NCBI GenBank assembly: GCA_047601445.1
Contig: JASGJH010000001.1
Coordinates: forward strand, 800,001 to 864,000
Direction of reading: 5' to 3'
From: Myxococcales bacterium
GTDB taxonomy: Bacteria; Myxococcota_A; Polyangia; Polyangiales; DASUME01
Length of the DNA: 64,000 bases
A program made the translations under genes and the position numbers. The notes below the pieces were generated by a model that was not told the origin of the DNA, did no database searches, and worked only from the letters and a program-made list of their open reading frames with translations. Of the stretch, positions 1 to 10,372 are shown one piece after another; position 1 is the first letter of the stretch, and each line of letters starts with the position of its first letter.

Positions 1-1754
1 CGGGGGAGGCGGTGGCCGCCCCGCTGGCGAGCACGAAGGCGCTCACGGGCCCGAGCGGCCAGGGCAGCAGGCGGGTCGCGGGCTCCTGGCTAAGGGCGGT
101 CACGCGGTGGTCGTGGGCGAGCCATTGGGCTACCCAGGCGGTCGCCCGTAGACCCACTTCCGAGCCGCTTTCGGCGGCCGCAGCTCGTAGGTGCTGCCCG
201 GTCGGCGAGCCATCGCGGACGGTGGCCCGCAGGATGGCCACCCGCAACGGGGTGGGCGCCATGTGATAGGCCTGCTGCAGCGCCTCGAGCACGCGCGGCG
301 TGAGGAAGGCCGCGAGCCCGCGCACCGAGAGGGAGGCGAGTTCGGAGTCCCCGCGACTGCGCTCGAGCTGCTCCAGCAAATCGCGCTCCAGCTCACCGCG
401 TGCCGCCTCGTCGAGCGCAGCCGAGGGCAGCTTGGCGAGGCAGCCTGCCAGCGCCAGGGTGATGCGTTCGCGCGCGGGCGGACGCTGAGGATGGAGGGCT
501 GCATGGAGAGAGCCCTGGAGCTTGCCCAACGTCGCCGGGTCGCAACCCCGGCCCAGCGCGTGCGCCGCGCTCCGGCTCACCTGGGGCTCGCGGTCGGCGA
601 GCGCCGCCAACAAGGCCGCGCGGACCGTGGCGTCGGGGCGCGTAGCGAGCGCGGCGATCGCAGCGCGTCGCACCTCCGGATCAGCGTCCTCGAGCAGCGG
701 CAATAGCTTGCTCGTTTGCGTGGGACCAGCCCGTGCGATCAGCCATGCGATGCGTCCCCGCAGCGCGCGCGGGGCGCGCGGCAGCCACAAGAGCAGCGGG
801 TCGACCGCCAGGTTTTCGGCGGCAGGCAACGCTCGTTCGAGCTCCGTCAGCAGGGCGGGCGCGGCCGCGGCCTGCGCGCCGTCGGTGCGCTCGAGCAGCG
901 CCACCCAGTCGGTGCTCGGGCGCGCAGGCCGCGGCGCGAGCGCCAAATGCGCCGCCGCAGCTTCTTGCGGGCGTGCTTGGCCTTCGAGCGCGAGCAGCCG
1001 CGCCCGCGCCTCGTCGCTGAGTGGCCGCGGCACACGCAACAGGCCGCGCAGCGCCTCGAGCCGCACCCCCTCCTGGGCATCGTCGAGCGCCTGGATCAAC
1101 AACGCTTCGGCGCGTGTCGGTTCCGCCTCCACCAGCAGCGTCAGCAGGGCGCCGCGTACCTCGGGCGCAGGATCGTGCAGCCTGCCGACCAGCGGCGGAA
1201 GCGACTCCTGGCCGACCAACGTGAACAGCGCCCGCGCGGCGGTCAGCCGTACCTCGGCGGCCTCGTCATCGAGCGCCGCGGCGAGCGGCCCCGCGGCGGC
1301 GCGATCGCCCAGCGCTCCGAGTGCCCGCGCGGCCTCGGCGCGGGTCTGCGGCTGGGCGTCACCGAGCACTCGGATCAGCGCCGGCACGCTCTCACGGGCT
1401 CCGAATCCGGCCCAGGCCCTGCGCGGCCGCGGCCCGCACCGTGGCGTCCGCATCCGTGAGCGCGCCGACCAACCCCGCTCGTGCGGCTTCGGTGGGGTGT
1501 AGGGGCAGCGCTCGCACCACCTCACGCCGCAGCTCCGCGCGCGGCGCACCCAGCAGGCCCACGAGTGCCTGCTCCGCGCTCGGGTCCGCGCGCTCGCCCA
1601 ACAGGCGCACCAGGTCGCAGCGCACGGTGAGGTCCTGGGTTTGCTCCAAGCTCTCGATGATGCGGGCGGTTTCGCGCGGCCAATCGAAGCCCACGGCGAG
1701 CCCGCCCCACAGCATGGACACCGAGCACACCGCCATCCGCACCCTGGCCCGCAT
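1..1754 (-). CDS. HEAT-repeat (PBS-lyase-like) protein, runs off the window start; apparent +1 frameshift at ~1404
   Basis: ORF 1392..1799 has HEAT motifs (LTDADATVRAAAAQGLGRI). Removing one base at GAATC 1403-1407 gives ...LGRIGARESVPALIRVLGDAQPQTRAEAARALG..., which stays open to position 1. Confidence 0.75.
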
Positions 1755-1882
1755 GGCCCGCAGCTTATCGCGAGGAAGCGGGACGGGAAGAGGGAACACA
1801 GTGAGCGAAGCGAACCTCGCGGTGGGAGGGGCGCCCGAGGGGAGGGCGCGCGAGCGTCCCGTGAAGATGGTAACCTTGGGGG

Positions 1883-3253
1883 ATGCAGCGAGCGCTCCAC
1901 GAGTTCGTGGCTGCGGTGCGGCGCGCGGGCGGCACCGTCTCGAGCGCCGAAGTCCTCGACGCTGCCCAGGCCTTGAGCCTGCTGGGGCTAGAGTCCCGCG
2001 AGGACGTCCGCGATGCCCTGCTCTGCACGCTGGGCAAAACCGAGTCCGATCGGGCGCGCGTGCGGGCCAGCTTCGAGCGCTACTTCAGCGCATCGGGCGC
2101 GACCCACGCCGATCTGTTCGAGCGCCTGAGTACAGCTGGTTTCAGCGCGAGTGAGCTCTCGAGCCTGCGCGTGGTGCTCGAGGCGCAAGCCAAGCTCAGC
2201 CCTGCCGGTGAGGTGCTCGCGACCCTCGTGCAGGGCGAGCCTGCGATCGATCACCTCATCGAGCGCGCGGCACGGCGGGTTCAGCTCGGGCCGGCGCGCG
2301 ATCCACAACGGGCGGGCTTCGTGACCATGCGCCTGCTCGAGGCCGCGCGGGTGCCGCGCGCCGAGACCGATCTCGCTGGCATCCGCGGCGCCCTGCGCGG
2401 GGCCCTCGGCGCGCGGGGCGAAGCTCTGGCCGACGCCTTGGCGGAAGAACTGCGCGTGCTCAAGCGTCGCGCTCGGCAGCGTGTGGACCGCGCCTTTGCG
2501 GGGGAGCCGCTCGAGCGCCTCGAAGAGCGCCCCTTCGGCGAGCTCACGCCCACGGAAGTGGCCGCCGTCCAACAGGCCGTGCGCGAGCTGGCCCAGCGTC
2601 TGCTCGGGCGCGCCGCCGTGCGGGCCCGCCATCTGCGCCGCGGACGCATCGACGCCCGTCGTACCCTGCGCAAAGCGCTCCACACCGCGGGCACGCCCAT
2701 CGAACTCGCCTTCCGCCGTCGCTCTCCCAAGCGCCCCAAGCTCGTGATGTTGTGCGACGTCTCCGACTCCATGCACGAGAGCGCCCGCTTCATGCTGCTC
2801 TTCGTGCACGCGGTGCAGCGCCTGTTCGCCGACGCGCGTAGCTTCGTCTTCGTGAGCGACGTGGCCGACGCCAGCGCCGTGTTCCGCGCGGCCTCCGCCG
2901 AGCGCGCCATCGAGCTCGCCTATCGTGGGGCCATCGTCAGCGTGGCCGACAACTCCCACTACGCGCGGGCCTTCTCCCAGTTGCTCGACGAGCACCCTGG
3001 TGCCCTCGATCGTCGAACCACGCTCCTGATCCTGGGGGACGCCCGCACCAACCACCTCGACCCTGGCCTAGCGTCCTTCCGGGCGCTCAGCACCCGCGTA
3101 CAACGCGTGCTCTGGTTCACGCCCGACGAGCCGGCCGACTACCAGCACGGTGACAGCGCGCTCCCCCTCTACGCGCCCGAAATCGACCAGGTCTTCTCCG
3201 TGCGCGACCTGCGGGGCCTCGAGCGGGCGGCCCGGGCCCTGGTCCGTTTCTGA
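1883..3253 (+). CDS. CoxE-like VWA domain protein
   Basis: N-terminal 'LHEFVAAVRRAG..VS', RIDARRTLRKAL, MIDAS-like LCDVSDSM, LILGDARTN. Confidence 0.85.
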   Translation: MQRALHEFVAAVRRAGGTVSSAEVLDAAQALSLLGLESREDVRDALLCTLGKTESDRARVRASFERYFSASGATHADLFERLSTAGFSASELSSLRVVLEAQAKLSPAGEVLATLVQGEPAIDHLIERAARRVQLGPARDPQRAGFVTMRLLEAARVPRAETDLAGIRGALRGALGARGEALADALAEELRVLKRRARQRVDRAFAGEPLERLEERPFGELTPTEVAAVQQAVRELAQRLLGRAAVRARHLRRGRIDARRTLRKALHTAGTPIELAFRRRSPKRPKLVMLCDVSDSMHESARFMLLFVHAVQRLFADARSFVFVSDVADASAVFRAASAERAIELAYRGAIVSVADNSHYARAFSQLLDEHPGALDRRTTLLILGDARTNHLDPGLASFRALSTRVQRVLWFTPDEPADYQHGDSALPLYAPEIDQVFSVRDLRGLERAARALVRF

Positions 3254-3359
3254 GTCGGTTCGTCGGTTCGCCTGCTCACATGCCTTGAATCACAGCCGTT
3301 TCACCGACCCATCCGGCCCCTGGCTGGGCTCCTTGCGGGCTGCTAGCCTCGCGCGTTCG

Positions 3360-4763
3360 ATGAAGCGGTACCTGGTCCAGACTTTCGGCTGCCAGATGAA
3401 CGTCCACGACTCCCGTCGGATCGAGGAAGTTCTCGGCGATCACGGCTATCTCCCCACCGAGGAGGCGGCCCAGGCCGACGTCATCGTGTTCAACACGTGC
3501 AGCGTCCGCGAGAAGGCCGAGCAGAAGCTGCGCAGCGCCGTAGGCACCTACCGCACGCTCAAGGCCGAGAACCCCGACCTCGTGATCGTCGTGGCAGGCT
3601 GCGTCGCCCAACAGGAGGGCGACAAGCTGCTGCGCCAGATTCCGCACCTCGACGTGGTGGTCGGTCCCGACAACATTCAGGAGCTGCCCGCGTTGGTGGA
3701 GCACCTGCGCGACGGCGGCCCGCCCGTGGCCCGCACCGTGTTCGACATGGACGCGCCGCGCTTCCTCACCGCCAAGCCGCGCACCCACGCCCGCGAGGTC
3801 ACGAGCTTCGTCACCGTGATGAAGGGCTGTGACGAACGCTGCACCTACTGCATCGTGCCCTACACGCGCGGCCCAGAGCGCTATCGCCCGGCCGAAGACA
3901 TCGTGTCCGAGATCGCGCGCCTGGTGGCTGGCGGCGTCCGCGAGATCACGCTGCTGGGCCAGACCGTGAATTCCTGGCATTCCCAGGGGTCTGGTGAGGG
4001 CGAGAGCGAGTTCCCCAGCTTGCTCGCGCGGATCGCCCGCGAGGTCCCCGAGCTCGCTCGGCTGCGCTACACGTCGCCCCATCCGCGCCACCTCACGCCC
4101 GCGCTCACGGCAGCCCATGCCGAGCTCTCCATCTTGCCCAAGCACTTGCACTTGCCCGTGCAGTCCGGCTCCGACCGCATGCTGAAGCGCATGCTGCGCC
4201 GCTACACCGCAGCCGATTACCTGGCCCGCGTGCAGGATCTCAAGGCGCGCGTCCCCGGACTCACGCTCTCCACGGATGTGATCGTGGGCTTCCCCGGCGA
4301 GACCGACGAGGACTTCGAGGCCACGCTCACCCTGGTGCGCGACGCCGGCTTCATTTCCCTGTTCGGGTTCAAGTACAGCCAGCGCCCCTACACACCCGCG
4401 CTCAAGCTCGAAGACGACGTGCCCGAGTCGCTGAAGGACGAGCGTTTGCAGCGCCTGTTCCAGCTGGTCGAGACCCAGCAGCGTGCCCACCTCAACGCCT
4501 TGGTCGGTCAGCGCGTGGAGGTACTCATCGAATCCCGCGACGAGTCTCGCCCGGAGCGTTTCAGCGGTCGCTCCGAGCGCAACGAGCTGGTCCACGTGGA
4601 TGTGCCCGCCGGTGCCGACCCGCGCGGTGAGCTGGTGCAGGCCGAGGTCATCGAAGCCTTCAAGCACTCGCTCCATGGCGTAGCCCTGGGCGCTGTGCCC
4701 CGTCGCGAGCTGCCAGCGCCAGCCCAGCGCACGCCGGTGCGCTTGCCGCTGGCCTCTGCATGA
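3360..4763 (+). CDS. miaB: tRNA-2-methylthio-N6-dimethylallyladenosine synthase MiaB
   Basis: TFGCQMNVHDS, NTCSVREKAE, radical SAM CDERCTYC, C-terminal TRAM domain. Confidence 0.95.
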   Translation: MKRYLVQTFGCQMNVHDSRRIEEVLGDHGYLPTEEAAQADVIVFNTCSVREKAEQKLRSAVGTYRTLKAENPDLVIVVAGCVAQQEGDKLLRQIPHLDVVVGPDNIQELPALVEHLRDGGPPVARTVFDMDAPRFLTAKPRTHAREVTSFVTVMKGCDERCTYCIVPYTRGPERYRPAEDIVSEIARLVAGGVREITLLGQTVNSWHSQGSGEGESEFPSLLARIAREVPELARLRYTSPHPRHLTPALTAAHAELSILPKHLHLPVQSGSDRMLKRMLRRYTAADYLARVQDLKARVPGLTLSTDVIVGFPGETDEDFEATLTLVRDAGFISLFGFKYSQRPYTPALKLEDDVPESLKDERLQRLFQLVETQQRAHLNALVGQRVEVLIESRDESRPERFSGRSERNELVHVDVPAGADPRGELVQAEVIEAFKHSLHGVALGAVPRRELPAPAQRTPVRLPLASA

Positions 4764-5203
4764 GCCTGGAGGGCCCCGAAGCCGCACCTGCGGCCGGTTC
4801 GGCGCCTCGCTCGCGGGCAGACAACGTGGCGCTCGCCTGGTTGCCCGCCATCCTCTACACGGGCTTCATCTGGTGGCTCTCCTCGCAGCCCATCAAGCTC
4901 GACGGCATCGAGCACTTTCCCTTCCAGGACAAGGGCGTGCACTTTGTGGAGTACGGCACGCTCTGCCTCACCATCTGCTTTGCCGTGTTTCGCACCTGGC
5001 CAGGTAGGGGCGTGCGCGCGGCCCTCGCTGCCGTGCTGATCACCGTAGGTCTCGGCCTGCTCGACGAGCTCCATCAGGCGTTCGTGCCATCGCGCTCCTC
5101 GGATGGTCTGGATTTGCTTGCGGATCTGCTGGGCGCCATGGTGTTCGCGCTGGCCTACTATGGTGTGCGGCGCTGGCGCGGTCGCGCGCACGCGCACGAC
5201 TGA
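4760..5203 (+). CDS. VanZ-like membrane protein
   Basis: DKGVHFVEYG and DELHQAFVPSR..D..DLLAD motifs; overlaps miaB stop (ATGA). Confidence 0.85.
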   Translation: MSLEGPEAAPAAGSAPRSRADNVALAWLPAILYTGFIWWLSSQPIKLDGIEHFPFQDKGVHFVEYGTLCLTICFAVFRTWPGRGVRAALAAVLITVGLGLLDELHQAFVPSRSSDGLDLLADLLGAMVFALAYYGVRRWRGRAHAHD

Positions 5204-5207
5204 CCGT

Positions 5208-5924
5208 TCAGAACTTCTCGACCAGCTCGGGATCGTCGCCGATACGGGCCAGGCAACGCTCGCTGGCGTCGGCCCCGCTCGGCTCGCTCGGCATGCTGCA
5301 CGTGACGTGGAGCTTTGCGCGCGGTGGATGAAACGGCTCGGTGAGTCGGGTCGCCAACAGGCTGCGCTCGTAGCCCGGCGTGCTCGTGGTCAGGGTCCAA
5401 TAGCACTGGGTGCTCGCCGTCGTGAGCACACACTGGTCCGGCGCCTGTCCGAAGTAGCGCGAGAGGTCGAAGGCGCTGTGGGCACTCGCGCGTAGCTCGT
5501 CGAAAACCTGCTGTTGCTCGGGCGTCCGCGGTGCACGCCGCGTCCACCAGCGCGAATCGTTCTGATACTTGAGCTTGAGCTCGTCGCCGTCGTGGCGATG
5601 CACGCTGCACGACCCGGCCGCCTGCTCGCCGCGTGGGAGCGGAAGCAGGCACAGCACGCTGACCTTCTGACGTGTGCCCACGGCCTCCGCGAGCTCGCGA
5701 TAGCCAGGGTTGTTCTTGCCCAGCCGGAAATCGCACAGCTCGGAGCCCGGCGTGATCTGCGAACAACGGGGCTCGGGCACCAGAAAATAGCTGCTCAGAC
5801 CGAAGCGCGTCTTCGGCACGCCGAGCAGCCCATCGGCGCTCTGGGCGAGCGGCGCCGGCGGCTTGTGCGCACAGCTCGCGGCCAACGCCGCGACGAGCAC
5901 GGCGAGCGCGCGAGAGAGTCGCAT
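5208..5924 (-). CDS. Hypothetical lipoprotein with two tandem Cys-containing domains
   Basis: Lipobox LAASC; internal duplication F.LS.YF...P..C...T...C...L....PGY; starts 6 bp after lepA stop. Confidence 0.7.
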   Translation of the reverse strand: MRLSRALAVLVAALAASCAHKPPAPLAQSADGLLGVPKTRFGLSSYFLVPEPRCSQITPGSELCDFRLGKNNPGYRELAEAVGTRQKVSVLCLLPLPRGEQAAGSCSVHRHDGDELKLKYQNDSRWWTRRAPRTPEQQQVFDELRASAHSAFDLSRYFGQAPDQCVLTTASTQCYWTLTTSTPGYERSLLATRLTEPFHPPRAKLHVTCSMPSEPSGADASERCLARIGDDPELVEKF

Positions 5925-5930
5925 GAAGAG

Positions 5931-7733
5931 TCAGTCCACCTTGAGGATGGCGTGGAAGGCTTCCTGCGGAATCTCCACGGAGCCCACGTTCTTCATGCGC
6001 TTTTTGCCCTCTTTCTGCTTCTCGAGGAGCTTGCGCTTACGCGTGATGTCGCCGCCATAGCACTTGGCCGTCACGTCCTTGCGCATGGCGCGCACCGTCT
6101 CGCGCGCCACGATTTTGCCGCCGATGGCCGCCTGAATGGCCACCTCGTACTGCTGACGCGGCACGATCTCGCGCAGCTTCTCCGCCAGCTGACGCCCCAC
6201 GTGCTGCGCCTTCTCTTTGTGTACGATGGCGCTGAGCGCGTCGATGGGCTCGCCATTGACCAGCATGTCGAGCTTGACCAGCGGGTTCTCGCGGTAGCCG
6301 ATCAGCTCGTAGTCCATGGAGGCGTAGCCCTTGGTGGAGCTCTTGAGCTTGTCGTAGAAGTCGAACAACACCTCGCCGAGCGGCAGCTCGTAGGTGACGA
6401 TGACGCGATCCTGCGAGGCGTACTGGATGCCCACCTGACTGCCGCGACGCTCCTCGCACAGCTTGATCACCGCGCCCACGTACGCGGAGGGCGTGTGGAC
6501 CGAGACCTTGAAGTAGGGCTCCTCGATGGAGTCGATGTACACGGGGTCGGGTAGCTTGGACGGGTTCTCCACCCACAGCTCCTCGCCCTTGTTGGTGACC
6601 ACGCGATACACCACGCTCGGCGCCGTGGTGATCAGGTCCAGGTTGTACTCGCGCTCAAGGCGCTCCTGCACCACGTCCATGTGAAGCAGACCCAAGAACC
6701 CGCAGCGGTAGCCGAAGCCGAGCGCAGCCGAGGTGTCCGGCTCGAACACGAACGCAGCATCGTTCAAGTGCAGCTTCTCGAGCGCGTCGCGCAGCTCGGT
6801 GTATTTGTCGGTCTCGGTCGGGTAGATGCCCGCGAACACCATCGGCTTCACGTCCTTGAAGCCCGACAGAGGCTCGGTGGCCGGCTTGCGCATGTCGGTC
6901 AGCGTGTCGCCCACCTTGGTGTCGTGGACCGACTTGATGCTGCAGGCCACGAAGCCTACCTCACCCGGTCCGAGCTCGGTCACCGCGCGCGCGAAGGGCG
7001 CGAACACTCCGAGCTCGTTGACCTCGTAGTCGGCCTTGGTGGACATCATCCGGATCCTCTGGCCGACCTTGATGCCGCCATCGACCACGCGCACCATCAC
7101 GACGGCGCCGCGGTAGGGGTCGTACCAGCTGTCGAACACCAACGCGCGCAGGGACTCTTCGCCCTTGCCCTTGGGTGGCGGCACGCGCTTCACCACGGCC
7201 TCGAGGATGTCCTCGATGCCGATGCCCGCCTTGGCGCTGGCCGGGATCGCCTCGCTGCAGTCCAGGCCGATCACCTCTTCGACTTCGTGGCGCGCGCGAT
7301 CGATGTCGGCACCAGGCAGGTCGATCTTGTTGAACACCGGGATGATCTCCAGGTTGTTCTCCAGCGCCAGGTACACGTTGGCCAGCGTCTGCGCCTCCAC
7401 GCCCTGGCTCGCATCGACCACCAACAGCGCGCCCTCGCAGGCGGCCAGCGAGCGCGAGACCTCGTAGGAGAAGTCCACGTGCCCGGGCGTGTCGATCAGG
7501 TTGAGCTGGTAGGTCTCGCCGTCCTTCGCCTTGTAGGTGAGGCGCACGGTCTGGGCCTTGATCGTGATCCCGCGCTCGCGCTCCAGCTCCATGTTGTCCA
7601 GGAACTGAGCCTTGCTCTCGCGATCGGACAGCGTGCCGGTGAAGCCCAACAGCCGATCGGCGAGCGTGCTCTTCCCGTGATCGATGTGCGCAATGATTGA
7701 GAAATTGCGGATGTGAGAAGGGTCGGTCGGCAT
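5931..7733 (-). CDS. lepA: Elongation factor 4 (LepA)
   Basis: [58 protein letters not shown]. Confidence 0.98.
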   Translation of the reverse strand: MPTDPSHIRNFSIIAHIDHGKSTLADRLLGFTGTLSDRESKAQFLDNMELERERGITIKAQTVRLTYKAKDGETYQLNLIDTPGHVDFSYEVSRSLAACEGALLVVDASQGVEAQTLANVYLALENNLEIIPVFNKIDLPGADIDRARHEVEEVIGLDCSEAIPASAKAGIGIEDILEAVVKRVPPPKGKGEESLRALVFDSWYDPYRGAVVMVRVVDGGIKVGQRIRMMSTKADYEVNELGVFAPFARAVTELGPGEVGFVACSIKSVHDTKVGDTLTDMRKPATEPLSGFKDVKPMVFAGIYPTETDKYTELRDALEKLHLNDAAFVFEPDTSAALGFGYRCGFLGLLHMDVVQERLEREYNLDLITTAPSVVYRVVTNKGEELWVENPSKLPDPVYIDSIEEPYFKVSVHTPSAYVGAVIKLCEERRGSQVGIQYASQDRVIVTYELPLGEVLFDFYDKLKSSTKGYASMDYELIGYRENPLVKLDMLVNGEPIDALSAIVHKEKAQHVGRQLAEKLREIVPRQQYEVAIQAAIGGKIVARETVRAMRKDVTAKCYGGDITRKRKLLEKQKEGKKRMKNVGSVEIPQEAFHAILKVD

Positions 7734-7825
7734 GCGGGTCCCGAAAAAGGCCTCGTACTTAGCAGGTTATGCCCTGGGGGTCTCGCAGTCCTTCGGCGAA
7801 TCCCCGGGGCCCTTTGTATTCTGGG

Positions 7826-7865
7826 TCGTACGCGTGCCCGTGCCCGTGCTCGTACACGAAACGAC
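7826..7865. repeat. Hexamer-based (GTGCCC)n intergenic repeat, REP-like
   Basis: TCGTACGCGTGCCCGTGCCCGT also occurs at ~43474. Confidence 0.6.
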
Positions 7866-7884
7866 CGAAAAGGGGGCCGTGCGA

Positions 7885-8088
7885 CTAGCGCTTGCGGGCC
7901 GGGGCCTCGGGCGCGACGTCCAAGGTGAGCTGTCCCGGCAGCTGGTCACGATGCTGGCTGAGCACGAGGTCGATGCCCTCGCGGATGTACACGGCGACCG
8001 GCACCTTGGTGCGCTCGTGCAGAACCTTGAGCTGCTCGTTCTGCTCCGGCGTGATGTAGATGGTGGTGGAGATCTTCTTGCGCGCCAT
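7885..8088 (-). CDS. Ribbon-helix-helix DNA-binding protein
   Basis: MARKKISTTIYITPEQNEQLKVLHERTKVPVAVYIREGIDLVL: alternating beta strand followed by two helices. Confidence 0.85.
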   Translation of the reverse strand: MARKKISTTIYITPEQNEQLKVLHERTKVPVAVYIREGIDLVLSQHRDQLPGQLTLDVAPEAPARKR

Positions 8089-8165
8089 GCTGCTGGGCCC
8101 CGTGCCTGGCGCCGCGCCAGGCCTCTCGAGTGGCGTCGCGGACCTCGCGACCACATCCAGCGGTG

Positions 8166-8194
8166 AAGCTACGTGCCCACATACATACTGTCAA
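8166..8194 (-). promoter_or_regulatory. sigma70-type promoter for the RHH gene (possibly reading on into lepA)
   Basis: Minus strand TTGACA (8194-8189), 17-bp spacer, TAGCTT (8171-8166). Confidence 0.7.
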
Positions 8195-8456
8195 ACCAAT
8201 GGCGGGTGAGCTGTGGCCGCGGCCAAATCCGCGGGATGAGCCGAGCTTTCGGTGTCTAGGGGGGGCCGAAAACCCTGTGTCTCCGGGGGCCACCGCGGGG
8301 CCTCCAGGCCCCCTCGACGGGCCCCTCCAGGGGGCCTGGGTATTCCCCGGGGACCGGGCGGAATCGACAGCGATTTTCAAGCGTTCCCTTGCCGCAGGTA
8401 CGGGGGGAAACGTAAGCTCACGTCCTGGTTGTTCTAGGAAGGGGCCTAGTTCTGTG

Positions 8457-9425
8457 ATGCACGAACACGCTCGCGGGCGGAGCCGCTCGCTTCGTCTCTC
8501 CGCTCGCGCGCCCGAGGGCGCGCTTCGACACCTTGCAAACACCTGTGGTCGCGGTGCCTCCGTGTTGCTGCTGCTTGCAGCCGGCGCTGGTTGCCACCGT
8601 GGGGGTGACAAGGCTGGCGAGTCGGCCATGAAGCGCCGCGACCCCGAGCCACTGGTCGTGAAGTCCTGCAGCGGCGGCGACTCCCAGACCGTGGATGTGA
8701 ACAACGATGGCAAGCCGGACATCCGCCACCAGGTGAGCGGCGGCAAGCGCATCTGCACCGAAATCGATATGAACTTCGACGGCAAGGTCGACGTGCACCG
8801 CTTCTACGCGGACGACGGCAAGACGGTGGCCTTCGAGCAGTTCGACTACGACTTCGACGGCAAGCTCGACCAGCAAATCTACTTCGAGAACGGCGCCCTC
8901 AAGCGCAAGGAACTCGACACCAACTTCGACGGCCTGGTCGATACCTGGATGTGGTGCGCGGGCCCGCTCACCGAGCGCACCGAGCGCGCGCGTCGCAAGC
9001 CTGGTCACGTGGACACCTGGGAGACCTACACCGACGGGCAGATCTCCGAGATTCAGTACGACGAAAACAGCGACGACCGTATCGAGAAGTGGGAAGTTTT
9101 CCGCAACGGCGCGCTCTTCGAGACCCGCATCGACAACGACGCCGACGGCAAGCCCGACCGCACAGACACGGCCACGGCCGACAGCGGTGACGAGCCCGAC
9201 AAGCCCGTTACTTGCGACGGCACGCAGATGCCGGTGCCCGCGTCGGCACCTCCGCCTGCTGCACCGCCCGCGTCGTCCGGTGGTGAGGCACCCGAGAACG
9301 CATCCAGTTCGAGCGCACCGAGCTCCGGCACGCCCGCCGCTGCATCTTCTTCGAACAGCACGAACACCAAGACTCCCGCCAGCGGTCAGAAGACCGCGTC
9401 GGGGGAGTGGCAGGAGGCCAAATGA
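8457..9425 (+). CDS. Lipoprotein with repeated DxNxDG (Ca-binding-like) motifs
   Basis: Lipobox AGAGC; DVNNDGKPD, DMNFDGKVD, DYDFDGKLD, DTNFDGLVD; Pro/Ser-rich tail; start uncertain. Confidence 0.75.
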   Translation: MHEHARGRSRSLRLSARAPEGALRHLANTCGRGASVLLLLAAGAGCHRGGDKAGESAMKRRDPEPLVVKSCSGGDSQTVDVNNDGKPDIRHQVSGGKRICTEIDMNFDGKVDVHRFYADDGKTVAFEQFDYDFDGKLDQQIYFENGALKRKELDTNFDGLVDTWMWCAGPLTERTERARRKPGHVDTWETYTDGQISEIQYDENSDDRIEKWEVFRNGALFETRIDNDADGKPDRTDTATADSGDEPDKPVTCDGTQMPVPASAPPPAAPPASSGGEAPENASSSSAPSSGTPAAASSSNSTNTKTPASGQKTASGEWQEAK

Positions 9426-10186
9426 GCACCGCGCTTCTCCGCTCGCGCGCCCGAGGGCGCGCTTCGACCAAGACACTCGTCGCATGCGTGTTGGCGCTGG
9501 GCCTCGGGGCCTGCAGCAAGTCCGTGCAGCTGGGCGCCAACAGCCCTGCGTCGCCAGGTCTCAAGGACGCACGCACGGCTGGCCGCAGCAAGCCCATGGT
9601 GAGCGGAGGCGAGGGTGACCTCTCCGCACTCGTGAAGAAGTGCGAGGGCGGCGACGCTCGGCACGAGGTCAGCGAGTACGACACCTCGGGCGACGATTTG
9701 CCTGACGTGCGCAAGGTGTTCCTGCGCGTGGGCGACGGCACGCTGGCGCGCCTCGTGCTCGTGTGCCGCGAGTCCGATCTGAACTCGGACGGCGCCAAGG
9801 ACGTGATCCGTTACTACACCGACGAAGGTCGCCCGCTGCGCGAAGAGGCCGACCGCAACTTCGACGGCGTGATGGACGAGATCACCATCTTCCAGGAAGG
9901 CATGATCCAGCGCCAGGAGTTCGACTCCCAGGGCGATGGCAAGGTCGACACCAAGATCTTCTTCGACGACGGCAAGCCTTTGCGCGCCGAGCGCGACCTC
10001 AAGGCGCGCAGCACCCCAGAAAAGTGGACCCCGGATCGCTGGGAGTACTTCGAGGAAGGCCGCGTAGTGCGCATGGGCACGGACGTCGACGGCGATGGCA
10101 CCGTCGACCGCTGGGATCGCGACTCGAGCATCCGCCGTGGGGTGGACGTCAACGAGTCCTCGCCGGCGTCTTCCGAGCCGAGCTGA
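9422..10186 (+). CDS. Paralogous DxNxDG-repeat lipoprotein
   Basis: Lipobox LGAC; DTSGDDLPD, DLNSDGAKD, DRNFDGVMD, DVDGDGTVD; ATGA overlap with the upstream gene. Confidence 0.75.
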   Translation: MSTALLRSRARGRASTKTLVACVLALGLGACSKSVQLGANSPASPGLKDARTAGRSKPMVSGGEGDLSALVKKCEGGDARHEVSEYDTSGDDLPDVRKVFLRVGDGTLARLVLVCRESDLNSDGAKDVIRYYTDEGRPLREEADRNFDGVMDEITIFQEGMIQRQEFDSQGDGKVDTKIFFDDGKPLRAERDLKARSTPEKWTPDRWEYFEEGRVVRMGTDVDGDGTVDRWDRDSSIRRGVDVNESSPASSEPS

Positions 10187-10212
10187 AACGCTCAAGGGGT
10201 TCGGCGCAAGCG

Positions 10213-10371
10213 GTGCACCGTTCGCGAGAAAACGTCAGTCCTCGCGCCCGCGGCGGGCCCATCCGCCGCGTTGCCGCTCCTCAAAATACTTCCGGTATTC
10301 CTCGTCGCGGCGCCTTGCGGCTGGACCCGTCGCAAGCGCGATCCTCTGACGTTTTCCCGCGAACGGTGCAC
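10213..10371. mobile_element. MITE-like palindromic element with 26-bp terminal inverted repeats
   Basis: GTGCACCGTTCGCGAGAAAACGTCAG (10213-10238) versus CTGACGTTTTCCCGCGAACGGTGCAC (10346-10371), 1 mismatch; internal hairpins. Confidence 0.6.
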
Positions 10372-10372
10372 T

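Noticed and set aside
191..1502. Long + strand ORFs here, and similar antisense ORFs throughout (e.g. 29890-31713, 43599-45377, 49416-51404)
   Set aside because: Shadow ORFs opposite well-supported genes, expected in high-GC DNA.
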